From the NCBI GenBank assembly GCA_964016885.1, contig OZ024751.1:22444001-22508000 (forward strand): a stretch of 64,000 bases of DNA, given 5' to 3'. Below, one piece after another: positions 26,508-40,454 of this stretch (position 1 is its first letter; the number at the start of each line of letters is the position of its first letter). Under the pieces are notes generated by a model. It worked only from the letters and a program-made list of their open reading frames with translations. It searched no databases and had not been told where the DNA came from. The position numbers and the translations under genes were made by a program. The DNA is from Eledone cirrhosa (Eukaryota).

Positions 26508-27575
26508 ATCACCACAGCAACCACGGCCACCACAACCATCATCATCATCATAATCATCATCATCATCATCATCTACGTGACTACCACTAACATTATTTCA
26601 ACCACCACTAAGACCATTTCAACCACCACCAACGCCACCTGTATTACTACCATTAACATAACCTCGACCACCAACATCACCACCATCACGCATTTTATCT
26701 TCATCACCACCAACACCAACACCATCATCTTTATCACTACCACCAACACCACCATCATCTTCATCTTTATCACTACCACCTCCACCACCATCATCTTCAT
26801 CGCTACCTGTAACACAACCTCAGCCACCAACATCACCACCACCATCCTCATCACTACTACCACTAACACTACCACCACCGCCATCGCCACCAACATCAAC
26901 ACCACCACTACCACTAACACTACCACCAACACCACCACCACAGCAATTTTTATAACTACCACTAACACCACCACCACAACCATCTGCATCACTACCAACA
27001 CCACCACCACAACCATTTTTATAACTACCACCAACACCACCACCACAACCATTTTTATAACTACCACCAACACCACCACCACAACCATTTTTATAACTAC
27101 CACCAACACCACCACCACAACCATTTTTATAACTACCACCAACACCACCACCACAACCATCTGCATCACTACCAACACCACCACCACAACCATTTTTATA
27201 ACTACCACCAACACCACCACCACAACCATCTGCATCACTACCACCACCACCACCACAACTATCTGTATCAATACCAACGCGACCACCACAAAAATTATCT
27301 GTATCACTACCACCACCACCACCACCACCACCACAACCGTGTTTATAACTACCACTAACTCCACCACCACCACCGCAACAACTATCTTTAACACCACCAC
27401 CACCACCACAATCTTTAACACCACCACCACGACCACCACCACAACTATCTTTAACACCACCACGACCACCACCACAACTATCTTTAACACCACCACCACC
27501 ACCACCACAACTATCTTTAACACCACCACCACCACCACCACCACAACTATCTGTAACACCACCACCACCACCACT
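26508..27575. repeat. CAC-rich degenerate minisatellite
   Basis: accatttttataactaccaccaacacc and actatctttaacaccacc units. Confidence 0.9.
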
Positions 27576-27804
27576 AGTCATCTGATCATTATATGTTATC
27601 AGCAGCTATGCCCTCTGACACATCTACCAATATTATTAATGAGAAATAGAAATGTTTCCTTTATAGAAACTTCTATCAGTTTCTCTGGAAATCAACAAAT
27701 ATTAATACTAAAGTAATTCCATTTTTATAATTAATAATTATATTTATGCAAATTTTTATTTATTTCTAAAAATGATTATAAATTTTTGAAAAAAGAACAA
27801 CACG

Positions 27805-27807
27805 CAC

Positions 27808-27839
<32 letters not shown>

Positions 27840-27862
27840 GCATACATATATATACATATGTG

Positions 27863-27907
<45 letters not shown>

Positions 27908-27934
27908 GCATACATATATATATATACATATGTG

Positions 27935-27991
<57 letters not shown>

Positions 27992-28014
27992 GCATACATA
28001 TATATACATATGTG

Positions 28015-28083
<69 letters not shown>

Positions 28084-28106
28084 GCATACATATATATACA
28101 TATGTG

Positions 28107-28168
<62 letters not shown>

Positions 28169-28191
28169 GCATACATATATATACATATGTG

Positions 28192-28246
<55 letters not shown>

Positions 28247-28272
28247 GCATACATATATATACATATGTGTAA

Positions 28273-28307
<35 letters not shown>
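27805..28307. repeat. (TA)n-based compound minisatellite (catatgcatacatatatatacatatgtgtaa)
   Basis: About 7 units separated by (TA)n. Confidence 0.92.
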
Positions 28308-28846
28308 GTCGGATCGTTGGCACCCCCACCAAGGTTTCTTGGTGAGGGGGGTGACTTTGGACATCCTGCAGGACTAAAAACAAAACCTGTCAAAGGGCAA
28401 AGGAGCTCGTAAGAGTCAATGGCCATCAAAAATCACCGGGAGAGATGACCCCTGAGCCTTTGTCAAGGCAGAATTCTAGGAGAAGGAAAACTCTGATATA
28501 ACACCTGCAACCCTGATGGTATCCAATGATGTTGACTTGTTCTTCTTTTTGGTAAATATCATCTTGGTTAAGAGAGTGGGACTGGCTTTGTGCAATGCTT
28601 TTGCTCACTATAAAAGCTTCACGGCACAGGCATTGCTTTATATCTGGAGATCTCTCTGCACTTGTCGTCACATGGTACCATGGGCCCAGCACTGTGTGTC
28701 AATAATTGTCACAAGTGTAGTGTTTGTACCAGAGCTTTCAAGTCGCTGGCTGGACTAAAAAGTCACACTCGTTCAGCGCATCGGTAGGGGTTCTCCTACA
28801 TGGATATAAAGTAGTGGCCGTACTCGAAAAAGAGTTGGCAGCCACC
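28308..28846. mobile_element. Unclassified GC-richer element embedded in (TA)n, possibly a LINE (RTE-like) 5' UTR relic
   Basis: Sharp compositional boundaries with (TA)n on both sides; ctaggagaaggaaaactctga resembles a motif I recall from RTE-type 5' UTRs; no coding motif seen. Confidence 0.35.
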
Positions 28847-29229
28847 ATATATATATATATACACATTTGTATGTAAACACATACACACAAATATAATATA
28901 TATATATAGTGTGTGTGTGTGTCCCAAAAATGTATACACAGCCGTACAGGCAATATTTACTAGAATGCCGTTGAAGTATGTATATATATTGGGGGAAGTA
29001 TGTATATAATATATGTGTCTGATTTACATACACCCAATGACTTAGTTGCACCAATCTCTTGGTTTGTGTTGTGTTTTGACCCTGAGTCAAATCGATTTAT
29101 TAAAATAATTGTATTTGTTAAATATAATACAATTTTTATAATATTTTTAAAATCCAGTTAATTAATTGAAAAATATGAGTCTGCCAACAGTCCTCGATAC
29201 ACCCGACCCCTCTCCCGCCATTGTTATTA

Positions 29230-29350
<121 letters not shown>

Positions 29351-29608
29351 TCATTGTATTATATCCTTCGATACGATCTAGGTTTGTTGTTTAATCTGAT
29401 TGTATTTTCGTTGTTGTGGTGGGTTCTGTGGCTTTGTCCCCTTAACCGCAGTTTCCAATTTGTCACACTATTTAACGTATGTTTATTACTCTAAGGTGTA
29501 ACCTATCAATTTATCGTTACATTCTTATTGAGTGGTTCGTGCAAACACCGAATTGTTTTTTCGCGGATGTTGGCCGACTGCCACAGCTTTGATTTTACTA
29601 ACCCACTC

Positions 29609-29677
<69 letters not shown>

Positions 29678-30252
29678 ATCATCCTCAGTTTTTCCATTTG
29701 TCTACGTAGCCTTTAACGGAACAGTGATGATTTTACTAGCATTGTTCTAAAGTTTCATGGCTTGTCAATTGCTAATTATCAACGGTTAAATTAAAACAAA
29801 ACCCTGCACCATGTTTATAGCTATTGTTCAATATATAGCTTAAATATATATATATATATATCTGTGAGTATATATATACATACATACATAAAGCACATAT
29901 ACAAACATACACACACAAACACAGATATACATATATATAGCACATATAGATATATATATACATACATATGTATATATATATATGTATATATGTATGTATA
30001 TACATACATATTTTTCTGTGTGTATCAATAAATGTTCAGCTATATCTGTTGATTCAGCAGAGAACAATTTACTAGATTTTTCTTATTTCTTGTTGTGGTT
30101 GCTGTTGTTGTTGTTGTTCTTGTCATGGTTACCATTGTTGTTGTTATCTTGGTTGCCATTATTGCCTTCTTCACTAATACCTTCCCCACCAACATCATTA
30201 TCACCAACAATGCCAATACCATCAACATGTTAGAATATAATAAATATTACTA

Positions 30253-30433
30253 CAATGAAATTCCGTTATAACGAAATGCACGGGGTATAAAAAAAGTTCG
30301 TGTAACGAAAAATTCTTTATAACGAGATCGACCGAAACAAATCGAGCGTTTGTTATTAACTCGAGGACTAAAAAAAATTTCGTTTACTGAAAAATTTGTT
30401 ATAATGGTATTCGTTATAACGGAAATTTACCTG
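30253..30433. mobile_element. pogo/Tigger-like MITE
   Basis: Ends caatgaaattccgttataacgaa / ttcgttataacggaaatttacctg, internal gttataacga repeats, TA on the left. Confidence 0.7.
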
Positions 30434-30486
30434 TGTAGAACGTTTAACTAGATTACCACCTTGCCGGTATAGCCAACACCCTAGAG

Positions 30487-30653
30487 CAGTGGTTCTGAAA
30501 GTGGGTTCCACAAAGGAATATCTGGGGTTTCGTGAAAAAAAGGTAGAGGAGTATATTTATATTATGACCATGTAACGGTATTAGACTTTGGGGCTCCCCC
30601 AGAAATTTCTGAACCAAAAAGGGTTCCGCGCTGAAAAAGTTTGGGAAACCCTG
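30487..30653. mobile_element. hAT (Charlie-like) MITE
   Basis: TIRs cagtggttctgaaagt / agtttgggaaaccctg; 8-bp flanks ccctagag and atctagag fit an NTCTAGAN-type target duplication. Confidence 0.78.
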
Positions 30654-30869
30654 ATCTAGAGTATCGGATTACAGTGGGTCTGGTGACGACATTGCAAATT
30701 AGAGGTGTCGACCACCGCTCAACTAACTCCCTGCAAATTAGAGGTGCCAACCACTCCTCAACTAACTCCCATTTCTCTGTTGATTCATACATATATGGTC
30801 CTGCAGCTCCTGTTAGGGAGTCGTAGGGGCACCGGATTATCATACAGCATTTCTTGGACATTTCAAACA

Positions 30870-31025
30870 CCTGGTGCAGCCCATCACCTCCCAGATCTGA
30901 ATACAGCTGATTTCTTTCCAGAGAAGGATAGAGAGAGTGAGAAAGAGATATAAAGGAAGAATCAACGCCAGTACTTGACTGGAACTTTTTTTATCGACCT
31001 TGAATGGATGAAAGCTAAAGTTAAC
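30870..31025 (-). mobile_element. SINE family 1 variant with an alternative 3' extension
   Basis: Homologous to 5365-5525. Confidence 0.6.
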
Positions 31026-31659
31026 AAAGAAATACAAAGTCTATAGATAGACTTTGTATTTCTTTTAACCCTCCTCCAATCCCCCCCACATTCCTTCTCC
31101 CCCCCCCCCCCTCAAAAGTGAAAATTTTTAGATGAAGTAACATAAATGTATTTCATTCATTCTCTCCTCCACCCACTACGCTCCACCCCGATACCATTAT
31201 TCTATATTAACAGCTCCACTGCCAAACCACAAATTCTTCAGTAGCCATCAAAATTCTATTTTCTCCACTCAAACAATCTACTTGATAGAATTTTCACTTA
31301 CAAATCCAATATCCTATTTCTGAAATAGCAACAACAACAACAGCAACAAAAACAAGAACAACAACAGCAATAACAACAACAATAACAAAAACGAGAAGAA
31401 GAAGAATGACAACTACAACGAAAATAACATCATCATCATCAGCAACAAGAACAACATCAACAGCAGCAGTAACAGCAACAACAACCACAGTATCAACAAC
31501 AGGAACAGCAATACCAATGATACAACAGCAACAGTATCAACAGCAACAACAGAAGCAACCAACGATATAACAACAACAACAGCAATACCAGTAATATCAG
31601 CAATATAACAGCAACAACAACAACAACAGTATCAACAACAACAAACCTATAACAATAAT

Positions 31660-31960
31660 AATTATTTCTACTTTTGGCACAAGGCCAGCAATAACCCCCC
31701 CAGTGCATTACTGGTGCTTTATTTTTATCGACCTCGTAAAGATGAAATGCAAAGTTAACCTCGGCGGGATTTGAACCCATGCCGTAAAGGGCCGTAACTC
31801 TATGCCGATACTGCCAATCCACCACTATAACAATAATTGTTTCTAATTTAGGCATAAGACAAGGAATATTTTTAAGGGGAGGGGGAAAGTCAATTAAATC
31901 GACCCCAGTACATCACCGTAAAGGGCCGTAACTCTATGCCAATACTACCAATCCACCGCT
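31660..31960 (-). mobile_element. SINE family 1 tandem pair (short type plus internally deleted long type)
   Basis: Reverse-complement matches. Confidence 0.82.
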
Positions 31961-32077
31961 ATAACAACAACAACAACGTCCTTTCCCCTTGTTAACATTG
32001 AATGTCCTGTTTTCCATCGAGAAGTAAAGTAAAACCAATATCTATTTTGGATAACTTAAACTTGATATTTTGTGTGA

Positions 32078-32081
<4 letters not shown>

Positions 32082-32150
<69 letters not shown>

Positions 32151-32335
32151 TACACACTCATATATACATTCATACATATACATACATGCACATACATATG
32201 TATACATATACATATACATACATATATACATACATATACATACATATACATACATATATACATACATATACATACATATACATATATATATATATACATA
32301 CATATATATATATATACATACATATATATATATAC

Positions 32336-32368
<33 letters not shown>

Positions 32369-32416
32369 CATACATACATATACATACATACATATACATA
32401 CATACATATACATACA

Positions 32417-32452
<36 letters not shown>

Positions 32453-32538
32453 CATACATATATACATACATACATATATATACATACATACATATATATA
32501 CATATATAAGTGTGTATATATATATGTTTGCAAGAGTA

Positions 32539-32573
<35 letters not shown>

Positions 32574-32716
32574 TTCTCTATGTATATTGAAAGAATCCAA
32601 TCCAATCCACTGATGGTTTATCTAAGTTGTCTGTAAGTAAATATAAATACATCTTCTAATGACGATGTAAGGTAAACAGCAACTTCTGCAGTGTGATGAT
32701 GCATATGATGTATGTA

Positions 32717-32759
<43 letters not shown>

Positions 32760-32882
32760 TGTGTGTGAGTGTGTGAGTGTGTGAGTGTGAGAGTGTGTGA
32801 GTGTGTGAGTGTGAGAGTGTGTGTGTGTGAGAGTGTGTGTGAGAGTGTGTGTGAGAGTGTGTGTGTGTGTGTGTGTGAGAGT

Positions 32883-32961
<79 letters not shown>

Positions 32962-33012
32962 AGTGTGTGAGAGTGTGTGAGAGTGTGTGAGAGTGTGTGA
33001 GAGTGTGTGAGA

Positions 33013-33058
<46 letters not shown>

Positions 33059-33263
33059 CATGTGCAGCCACCCTAAGCCTAATAGCTTGTTTACATGCAG
33101 GAAGTGAAGTCGGAAGAAAGCTACTTCATGTTACTAAAACAAACTATCGTATTTCGTTCCATTCGATGGTAGGAGCGGAGTAGGCATAAAATATTCAATC
33201 AGTGAGTATGGTTAACTATCTACACATACTCACACACACTCACCACATAGACACACAGACAAA

Positions 33264-33299
<36 letters not shown>

Positions 33300-33318
33300 C
33301 ATACATACATCGATAAAT

Positions 33319-33355
<37 letters not shown>

Positions 33356-33395
33356 CACAGACAAATATATTCATACACACACAGACAAATATATT

Positions 33396-33485
<90 letters not shown>

Positions 33486-33504
33486 CATACACCGATAAAT
33501 ACAT

Positions 33505-33539
<35 letters not shown>

Positions 33540-33612
33540 AACACACAGACAAATATATTCATACGCACACAGACAAATATATTCATACACACACACACAC
33601 ATATATATTCAT

Positions 33613-33663
<51 letters not shown>

Positions 33664-33826
33664 GACAAATATATTCATACACTCACACACACACACACAC
33701 ACATACACACACATATATATATATATATACACACACACAAATATATTCATACACTCACACACACATACACACATATATATATATATATACACACAGACAA
33801 ATATATTCATACACTCACACACACAT

Positions 33827-33875
<49 letters not shown>

Positions 33876-34065
33876 TAGACAAATATATTCATATATATAT
33901 GTATATATGCAGACAAATACATACATATATATGTATTCATATAATAATAATAATATTTATACTTATATATCATATCTATATACACACACACACATATATA
34001 TATATACACAGACAAATATATTCATACACACACACACATATATATATATATACACATACATATAC
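32082..34065. repeat. (TA)n/(CATA)n/(TG)n/(CA)n microsatellite mosaic with small unique islands
   Basis: Direct inspection. Confidence 0.9.
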
Positions 34066-34391
34066 GTGTGCAAAAATGTTAGTAAGTGTTGAAAAATGTG
34101 AGGAAATACGTTCAAATCCGACCTAGATTGCGATATACATGCTATCGATTTTTATATAGTTTGTAGGGGTGGGAGGACGCTTTTAATTAAATATACGTTT
34201 TCTACTTATTCTGACTAAAATCGCGGATGGGGTTAGCAGATCGGTAGGATAGGCAGATCGATACAGAAGCGGAAGACCAATCGAAAAGAGGAACATACGT
34301 ATTTTACTTATGTTTTTGGCTCCAAAACACGGACGAGTTCAAACACCCCTAACTAGGTTATTCCATTTAATGAGATTTTATGATAAACACC

Positions 34392-34960
34392 AATAATTGT
34401 TTCTACTTTAGGCACAAGGCCAGCAATTACCCAGTGCATTACTGGTACTTTATTTTATCGACCCCGTAAGGATGAAAGGCAAAGTCAACCTCGGCGGGAT
34501 TTGAACTCAGATCGTAAAGGGACGACCAATAATGGTTTCTGATTAGGCACATGGCAAACAATTTTGAGGGAAGGGAAGTTGATTAAATCGACCCCAGTGC
34601 GTTACTGGTACTTTATTTTATCGACCCTGTAAGAATGAAGACAACGCTAAGCTCGGCGTGATGTGTTCTTGATCAAGTCCCTTCATTTCCGGTTGCTCCA
34701 GTATACTTAGCTGAGAATTATTACTAGGTAAGAATGAAAGGGAAAACTAACCTCGGCGGGATTCCAAATCAGAAAGTAAAGAACCGTAACTCTAAACGCG
34801 AAGCTTGGTGTCCGACGCTCTACCGATACTGCTAATCCACTGAATTCTTCTTTCTAGCATTGGCCTGTCAGCAGCATTTAGGGGGACGAGGCATGTTGAT
34901 TATATCGACCCCAGTACCTAACTGGTACTCTATTTTATCGATCCCAGAAGGATGAAACGA
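34392..34960 (-). mobile_element. Nest of four family 1 SINE pieces plus a plus-strand family 2 fragment (about 34660-34725)
   Basis: Repeated ctggtactttattttatcgaccc motifs; tgtgttcttgatcaag...gttgctccagtatacttagctga. Confidence 0.8.
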
Positions 34961-35809
34961 TAAGTCTACACCCATCCACGCAAAATCTTATAAGTCATAA
35001 ACACCATAGGAACCTCTCCACCGCTTTAGATATTTCCACAACGCTGCTATTTGGTTATAATGTTAATCATTTATTAATTGATCGTAGGAAATTGTTATTA
35101 TATATTTAAGTTAATTATCGTATACAAATCTGTATAAAACTGAACCTGTAAACTACATAAAGCACCCTTCTGAAGAGTGTAGCTTAGGCGTTTGCCTAGT
35201 TTATCTTAATGGTAGCGCCAACTCTGACCACTTATGTCATTGAAAGTTTACATCTGTCAAGAACCTCGTGAATTATTGTCTTGACTATAATTATTTACCT
35301 CCTATTTTTGTTAATTACTTGCAAAAAAAACCAAAAAAAAAAAACCACCATGCCCATGCATATCGTAAACGATGGAAAATATTAGTGAACAGAAGAATAC
35401 ACTAATAGAAATATATATATATAAAAACATAATAATAAACAGGGAAAGAGAAAAATAGTAAAAAAAAAAAAAAATTGGGGCGGGGGGAATATAAAACGAC
35501 ACAAAAAAGGTTGTGAGGGGGGAGTTGCTCTTTCAGCTAGGATGTTGAATCCTTAGTTCTAGATCGATCTCTGTCAAGAATCACTTGTCCCAGGATGTTG
35601 AATCCTTAATTCTAGATCTATTTCTGTCAAGAAACACTTGTCCACTGTCAGTGAAACCAATTTCCTGACATGACGACCTTCCACTTCTCCAACCTCCTCC
35701 TCATCCACTTCAGTCAGGCAGGCAACAGCAACAGTGTTAAAAGGAATTCACCAACAAGAGTTGCTTCAGTTTGATGGACATTCCTAGTTAATGTCTACTG
35801 ACAAGGCAA

Positions 35810-36092
35810 GCCGGTCAGCCAGCAAGCCAGCTAACCTGCAAACCAGCCAGTAAGCCAGCAAGACAGTAAGCCAGCAAGCAAGCTAACTAGTCATCAAATC
35901 TACCAGCAAGCTAGCTAGCCAACCAGTCACCTAACCAGTTAACTAGCCAGCAAGTTAGCCAGCCAGCAAGCTAGCCAGCCAGCAAGTTAGCCAGCGAGCA
36001 AGCCTGCCAACCAACCAGCCAGTAAGCCAACTCGCCATCTAACCAGCCAGCCAAACAGCTACCAGCTAGCTAGCTTACCAGCTAGCCAGCAA
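35810..36092. repeat. Degenerate (AGCC/AGCT)n tetranucleotide tract
   Basis: Direct inspection. Confidence 0.85.
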
Positions 36093-36834
36093 ATAGAATC
36101 ATCAACTACACGTCGTTAACATCAACTTGTCTCGCAGGTAAATAACATTGATAACTAAATCACGGAGAGAAGAATGAAAAAGAGGAGAAGAGACGAAAAA
36201 ATAGGGAAAATTAAAAAAGGAAAATCAAAACCGAAGGTTTTAGGCTGTGTTAGTTGGTATAGAATGTTTATAGAAATTTATATAATTTATAGAGATTGAG
36301 AAATACAATTTCTTTTGTACAGATCTTTACCAAAAAAAGATTGATGTTTCCGTTAGGGTTAGCGCTACCATTAAGGCCAACTAGGCAACTGCCTAAGGCG
36401 CATTACAGAACCTTAAAGGTTCACCGTTTCATACACATTTATATAATTAAATATATAGGAAGGAATGTAAAGCAGGAAAAAATAGGAAAAAATAATTTTA
36501 AAAGGGGAAAAAAGCAACAAATTGTTAAGCTGAGCATTTGGCGTGATTTTTTTTTTATTGTGATGGATAAATATAATTTATAGTGATGGATAAATATAAT
36601 TTATAGTGATGGATAAATATAATTTCTCTTTTACAACACCCCACAAAAAAGATTGATAATTTCCGTTGACTAAACAGGATAACGCTGCAGTTATGTTTTA
36701 AAATAAAACAGGGTTTGTAGTCATTAGTTGCGTTTTTTAAAGTTTTAGAAGGGGGAGGAGGACGATTCGCGTAACGCTGCACTACATCGTGTTGGAATGT
36801 TGGGAGAACTGGATGAGGTTAATATGGCTGTGAA

Positions 36835-36945
36835 AGAATGTAACCTAGTGATTTGTAGTGTAAGGCTCACAATCATAAAACTGCGGGTTCGATTCCTAGA
36901 TCAGGCAAGACGTGTGATCTTTAGCAAAGACGCCTCATTTCACAT
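36835..36945 (+). mobile_element. Degenerate SINE family 2 head
   Basis: cctagtg A-box remnant, gggttcgattcc B-box, tttagcaaagacgcctcatttcac. Confidence 0.6.
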
Positions 36946-37307
36946 CACTTATCATATGAATGGATATGTGTGTGTTGGTGTGATCTAAAACACCAGAGAA
37001 ACCTCCTATGAGATGCACAGGTGTGAGATGTAATTTATTTTAGTCTCGCTAACGTTCAGTTTGAACTTTTCTAAGTTCGTTGTATTGGGTTGTCAAATAA
37101 GAAATTTGTAGAAATTTGTAGAAAAAAAAAAAAATGTCCTCAAATTTCATACTTGACGACCCTATAGATTTGTCGTTGTTGAGGTTTTGGTTATTTAGCC
37201 CCAAATCATGTTTGAATAGACCTATGACCAAAGCAAGCCTGAGACTCACACACCAGCTTTCCATACACTTACAATATGGAACAATTGCAATGCACGACAG
37301 TATACTA

Positions 37308-37483
37308 CAAGGGTCGGTTGAAAGGTTCATAGGTTGACTATGAAGGAATGATACTACAGCTGTGAAATCTCCTTATTAATAACTGCATTGTTTCTTTCCA
37401 GGAACAATGTTGAAAAATAAACCTCATTTGGTAATTATATGAGACTATCTAGGTCAACCTATGAACTTCTCAGTCGACTTTCG
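37308..37483. mobile_element. mariner-type MITE
   Basis: TIRs caagggtcggttgaaaggttcataggttgac / gtcaacctatgaacttctcagtcgactttcg with TA on both sides. Confidence 0.82.
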
Positions 37484-37589
37484 TATACAAGGCAACACAG
37501 AACAAACTAGACAGGAAAGCATTAATGGACATCATATCTATACAATACAGAATCCCCCACCCCGTAAGAACATACGATTATTAATTATT

Positions 37590-37860
37590 TATAACACAGG
37601 CACAGCTCCAGCAATTGGTGGAGGGTGGAAAAGTCGGTTATCCGACCCCAGTACTAGACTGGTACTTTTTTTTATCAACGCTGGAAGGATAAAAGGCAAA
37701 GCTGACCTCAGCAGGATTTGAACTCAGAATGTAAAAAAGGAGTAACTAAATGCTGCAAAGCACTTTGTCTGACGCTCTTCCGATTCTGCAAATATACCAC
37801 CCTACACCTACACATTTTTGTCTGACGCTCTACCGATTCTGCGAATCAACTACTACCCTA
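37590..37860 (-). mobile_element. Diverged SINE family 1 (long type) with a duplicated head
   Basis: aggataaaaggcaaagctgacctcagcaggatttgaactcag; tttgtctgacgctct.ccgattctgc occurs twice. Confidence 0.72.
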
Positions 37861-38152
37861 CAGACGGTTTATAATTAGTGAGGGGGAATAAAAGAGAGGA
37901 AAAATTGGAACGACAGGATAGAGGTAGGTGGGAGACATGGGGGGGGGGGGCACAGAATGAGGGCGATGGTGGTGGTGTGTAGTAGGGGGAGAGAGAGGTG
38001 CACAGAATGAGGACGGTGGCGGTGGCGTGTAGAATAATCAGAAGGGGTTTCGAAACATTGAAACATGCAAACGGGAGATGGAATAACAGAGGACGAAGGA
38101 AGACAGATTGTAAAACAAATAGAAAGAGAGTTGACAGACAGGCACAGAGGTA

Positions 38153-38200
<48 letters not shown>

Positions 38201-38229
38201 CATATATATATATATACACATACATATAC

Positions 38230-38292
<63 letters not shown>

Positions 38293-38652
38293 GGGGTGAA
38301 TAGGAAAGAAGGATTTTGTGATTACGTCAATGTGTAGAAGTAACAACAACAACAACAGCAACAATATTAACAACAAAACGTCGATGACAACCACCAACAC
38401 CACCACCACCACCACCACCACCACTAACAACAACACCAACAACACCACCAAGCAGAACAAGAACATATAAAAGATTAGCCCACAGCGTTTTGTGCAGTAA
38501 TATTATGACGAAGCTTTGATCTTGCAACTCATGTTGGAACATCAAACAAAGCACAACTTCCCTTCACTAGTAAAAGACCAGAAAGAGATTCACCAATGTT
38601 CTGACAGTTTAAAAACCTCCTGTTGTATTATACCAATGGTATCAACACGTAG

Positions 38653-40228
38653 ATGATGGTGGTGATGATGATGATGGTGGTGGTGGTGATGGTGGTGGTG
38701 GTGGTGGTGATGATGATGGTGGTGGTGGTGATAGTAGTAAGGTTGATGGCAGTGATGGTGGTGCTGATGGTAGTAAGGTTGATGGCAGTGATGGTGGTGA
38801 TGGTGATAGTGGTACTGTTGATGGTGCTGATGGTGATGGTGATAGTGGTAGTGGTGATGGTAGTAAGGTTGATGATGGTGATGGTGGTAGTGGTAATGTT
38901 GATGGTGCTGGTGGTGATGGTGATGGTGGTAGTGGTAGTGGTGATGGTAGTAGGGTTGATGATGGTTATGGTGGTGATGGTGATGGTGGTAGTGTAGTGG
39001 TAGTGGTGATGGTAGTAAGGTTGATGGTGATGGTGGTGATGGTGATGGTGGTAGTGTAGTGGTAGTGGTGATGGTAGTAAGGTTGATGGTGATGGTGGTG
39101 ATGGTGATGGTGGTAGTGTAGTGGTAGTGGTGATGGTAGTAAGGTTGATGGTGATGGTGGTGATGGTGATGGTGGTAGTGTAGTGGTAGTGGTGATGGTA
39201 GTAAGGTTGATGGTGATGGTTATGGTGGTGCTGGTGATGGTGGTAGTGTAGTGGTAGTGGTGATGGTAGTAAGGTTGATGGTGATGGTGGTGATGGTGAT
39301 GGTGGTAGTGTAGTGGTAGTGGTGATGGTAGTAAGGATGATGGTGATGGTTATGGTGGTGCTGGTGATGGTGGTAGTGTAGTGGTAGTGGTGATGGTAGT
39401 AAGGTTGATGGTGATGGTGGTGATGGTGATGGTGGTAGTGTAGTGGTAGTGGTGATGGTAGTAAGGATGATGGTGATGGTGGTGATGGTGATGGTGGTAG
39501 TGTAGTGGTAGTGGTGATGGTAGTAAGGTTGATGGTGATGGTGGTGATGGTGATGGTGGTAGTGTAGTGGTAGTGGTGATGGTAGTAAGGTTGATGGTGA
39601 TGGTGGTGATGGTGATGGTGGTAGTGTAGTGGTAGTGGTGATGGTAGTAAGGATGATGGTGATGGTGGTGATGGTGATGGTGGTAGTGTAGTGGTAGTGG
39701 TGATGGTAGTAAGGTTGATGGTGATGGTGGTGATGGTGATGGTGGTAGTGTAGTGGTAGTGGTGATGGTAGTAAGGTTGATGGTGATGGTGATGGTGGTG
39801 CAGGTGATGATGGTAGTATAGTGGTAGTGGTGATGGTAGTAAGGTTGATGGTGATGGTAGAGATGGTGATAGAAGTGATGGTGATGATGATGATGGTGAT
39901 GGTAGTAATAGTGATGATAGTAAGGTGGATTGTGGTGATGGTGATGGTGATGGTGATGGTAGTGATGGTGGTATCAATGGTGATGGTAGCAAGGTTGATT
40001 ATGGTGATGGTGATGATATCGGTATTGGTGGTGATGATAATGGTAGTGGTGTTGATGGCGATGATAGTAATGGTGGTGGTGGTGGTGGTGGTGGTGGTGG
40101 TAGTGGTGATGATGATGGTAGTGACGATGATGACGATAGTATAGAGGTTAATGGCAAAAATGATGATGATCATGGTAATGATGATGATGCTGTTGATGGT
40201 AGTAATGGTGATGGTGATGATGATGATG
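38653..40228. repeat. GGT/GAT-rich tract containing a 62-bp minisatellite (about 38990-39830)
   Basis: agtgtagtggtagtggtgatggtagtaagg recurs at about 62-bp spacing. Confidence 0.92.
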
Positions 40229-40408
40229 ATAATTGTTTCTACTTTTGGCACAAGGCCAGCAACTATCCCAGTGTATTACTGGTACTTTATTTTATCGACC
40301 CCCGTAAGGATGAAAGGCAAAGTTAACCTCGGCGGGATTTGAACTCAGATCATAAAGGGCCGTAACTCTATGCTACAAAGCATGGCGTCCGACACTCTAC
40401 CGATACTG
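40229..40408 (-). mobile_element. SINE family 1 (short type)
   Basis: Reverse-complement match. Confidence 0.9.
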
Positions 40409-40454
40409 TAATAATGATGCTCATGATGATGACTATTAACTGTAGTAAAAACGT

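Noticed and set aside
34225-34290. cggaag plus ccaat motifs as a promoter
   Set aside because: Short motifs are expected by chance and no linked transcript start is visible.
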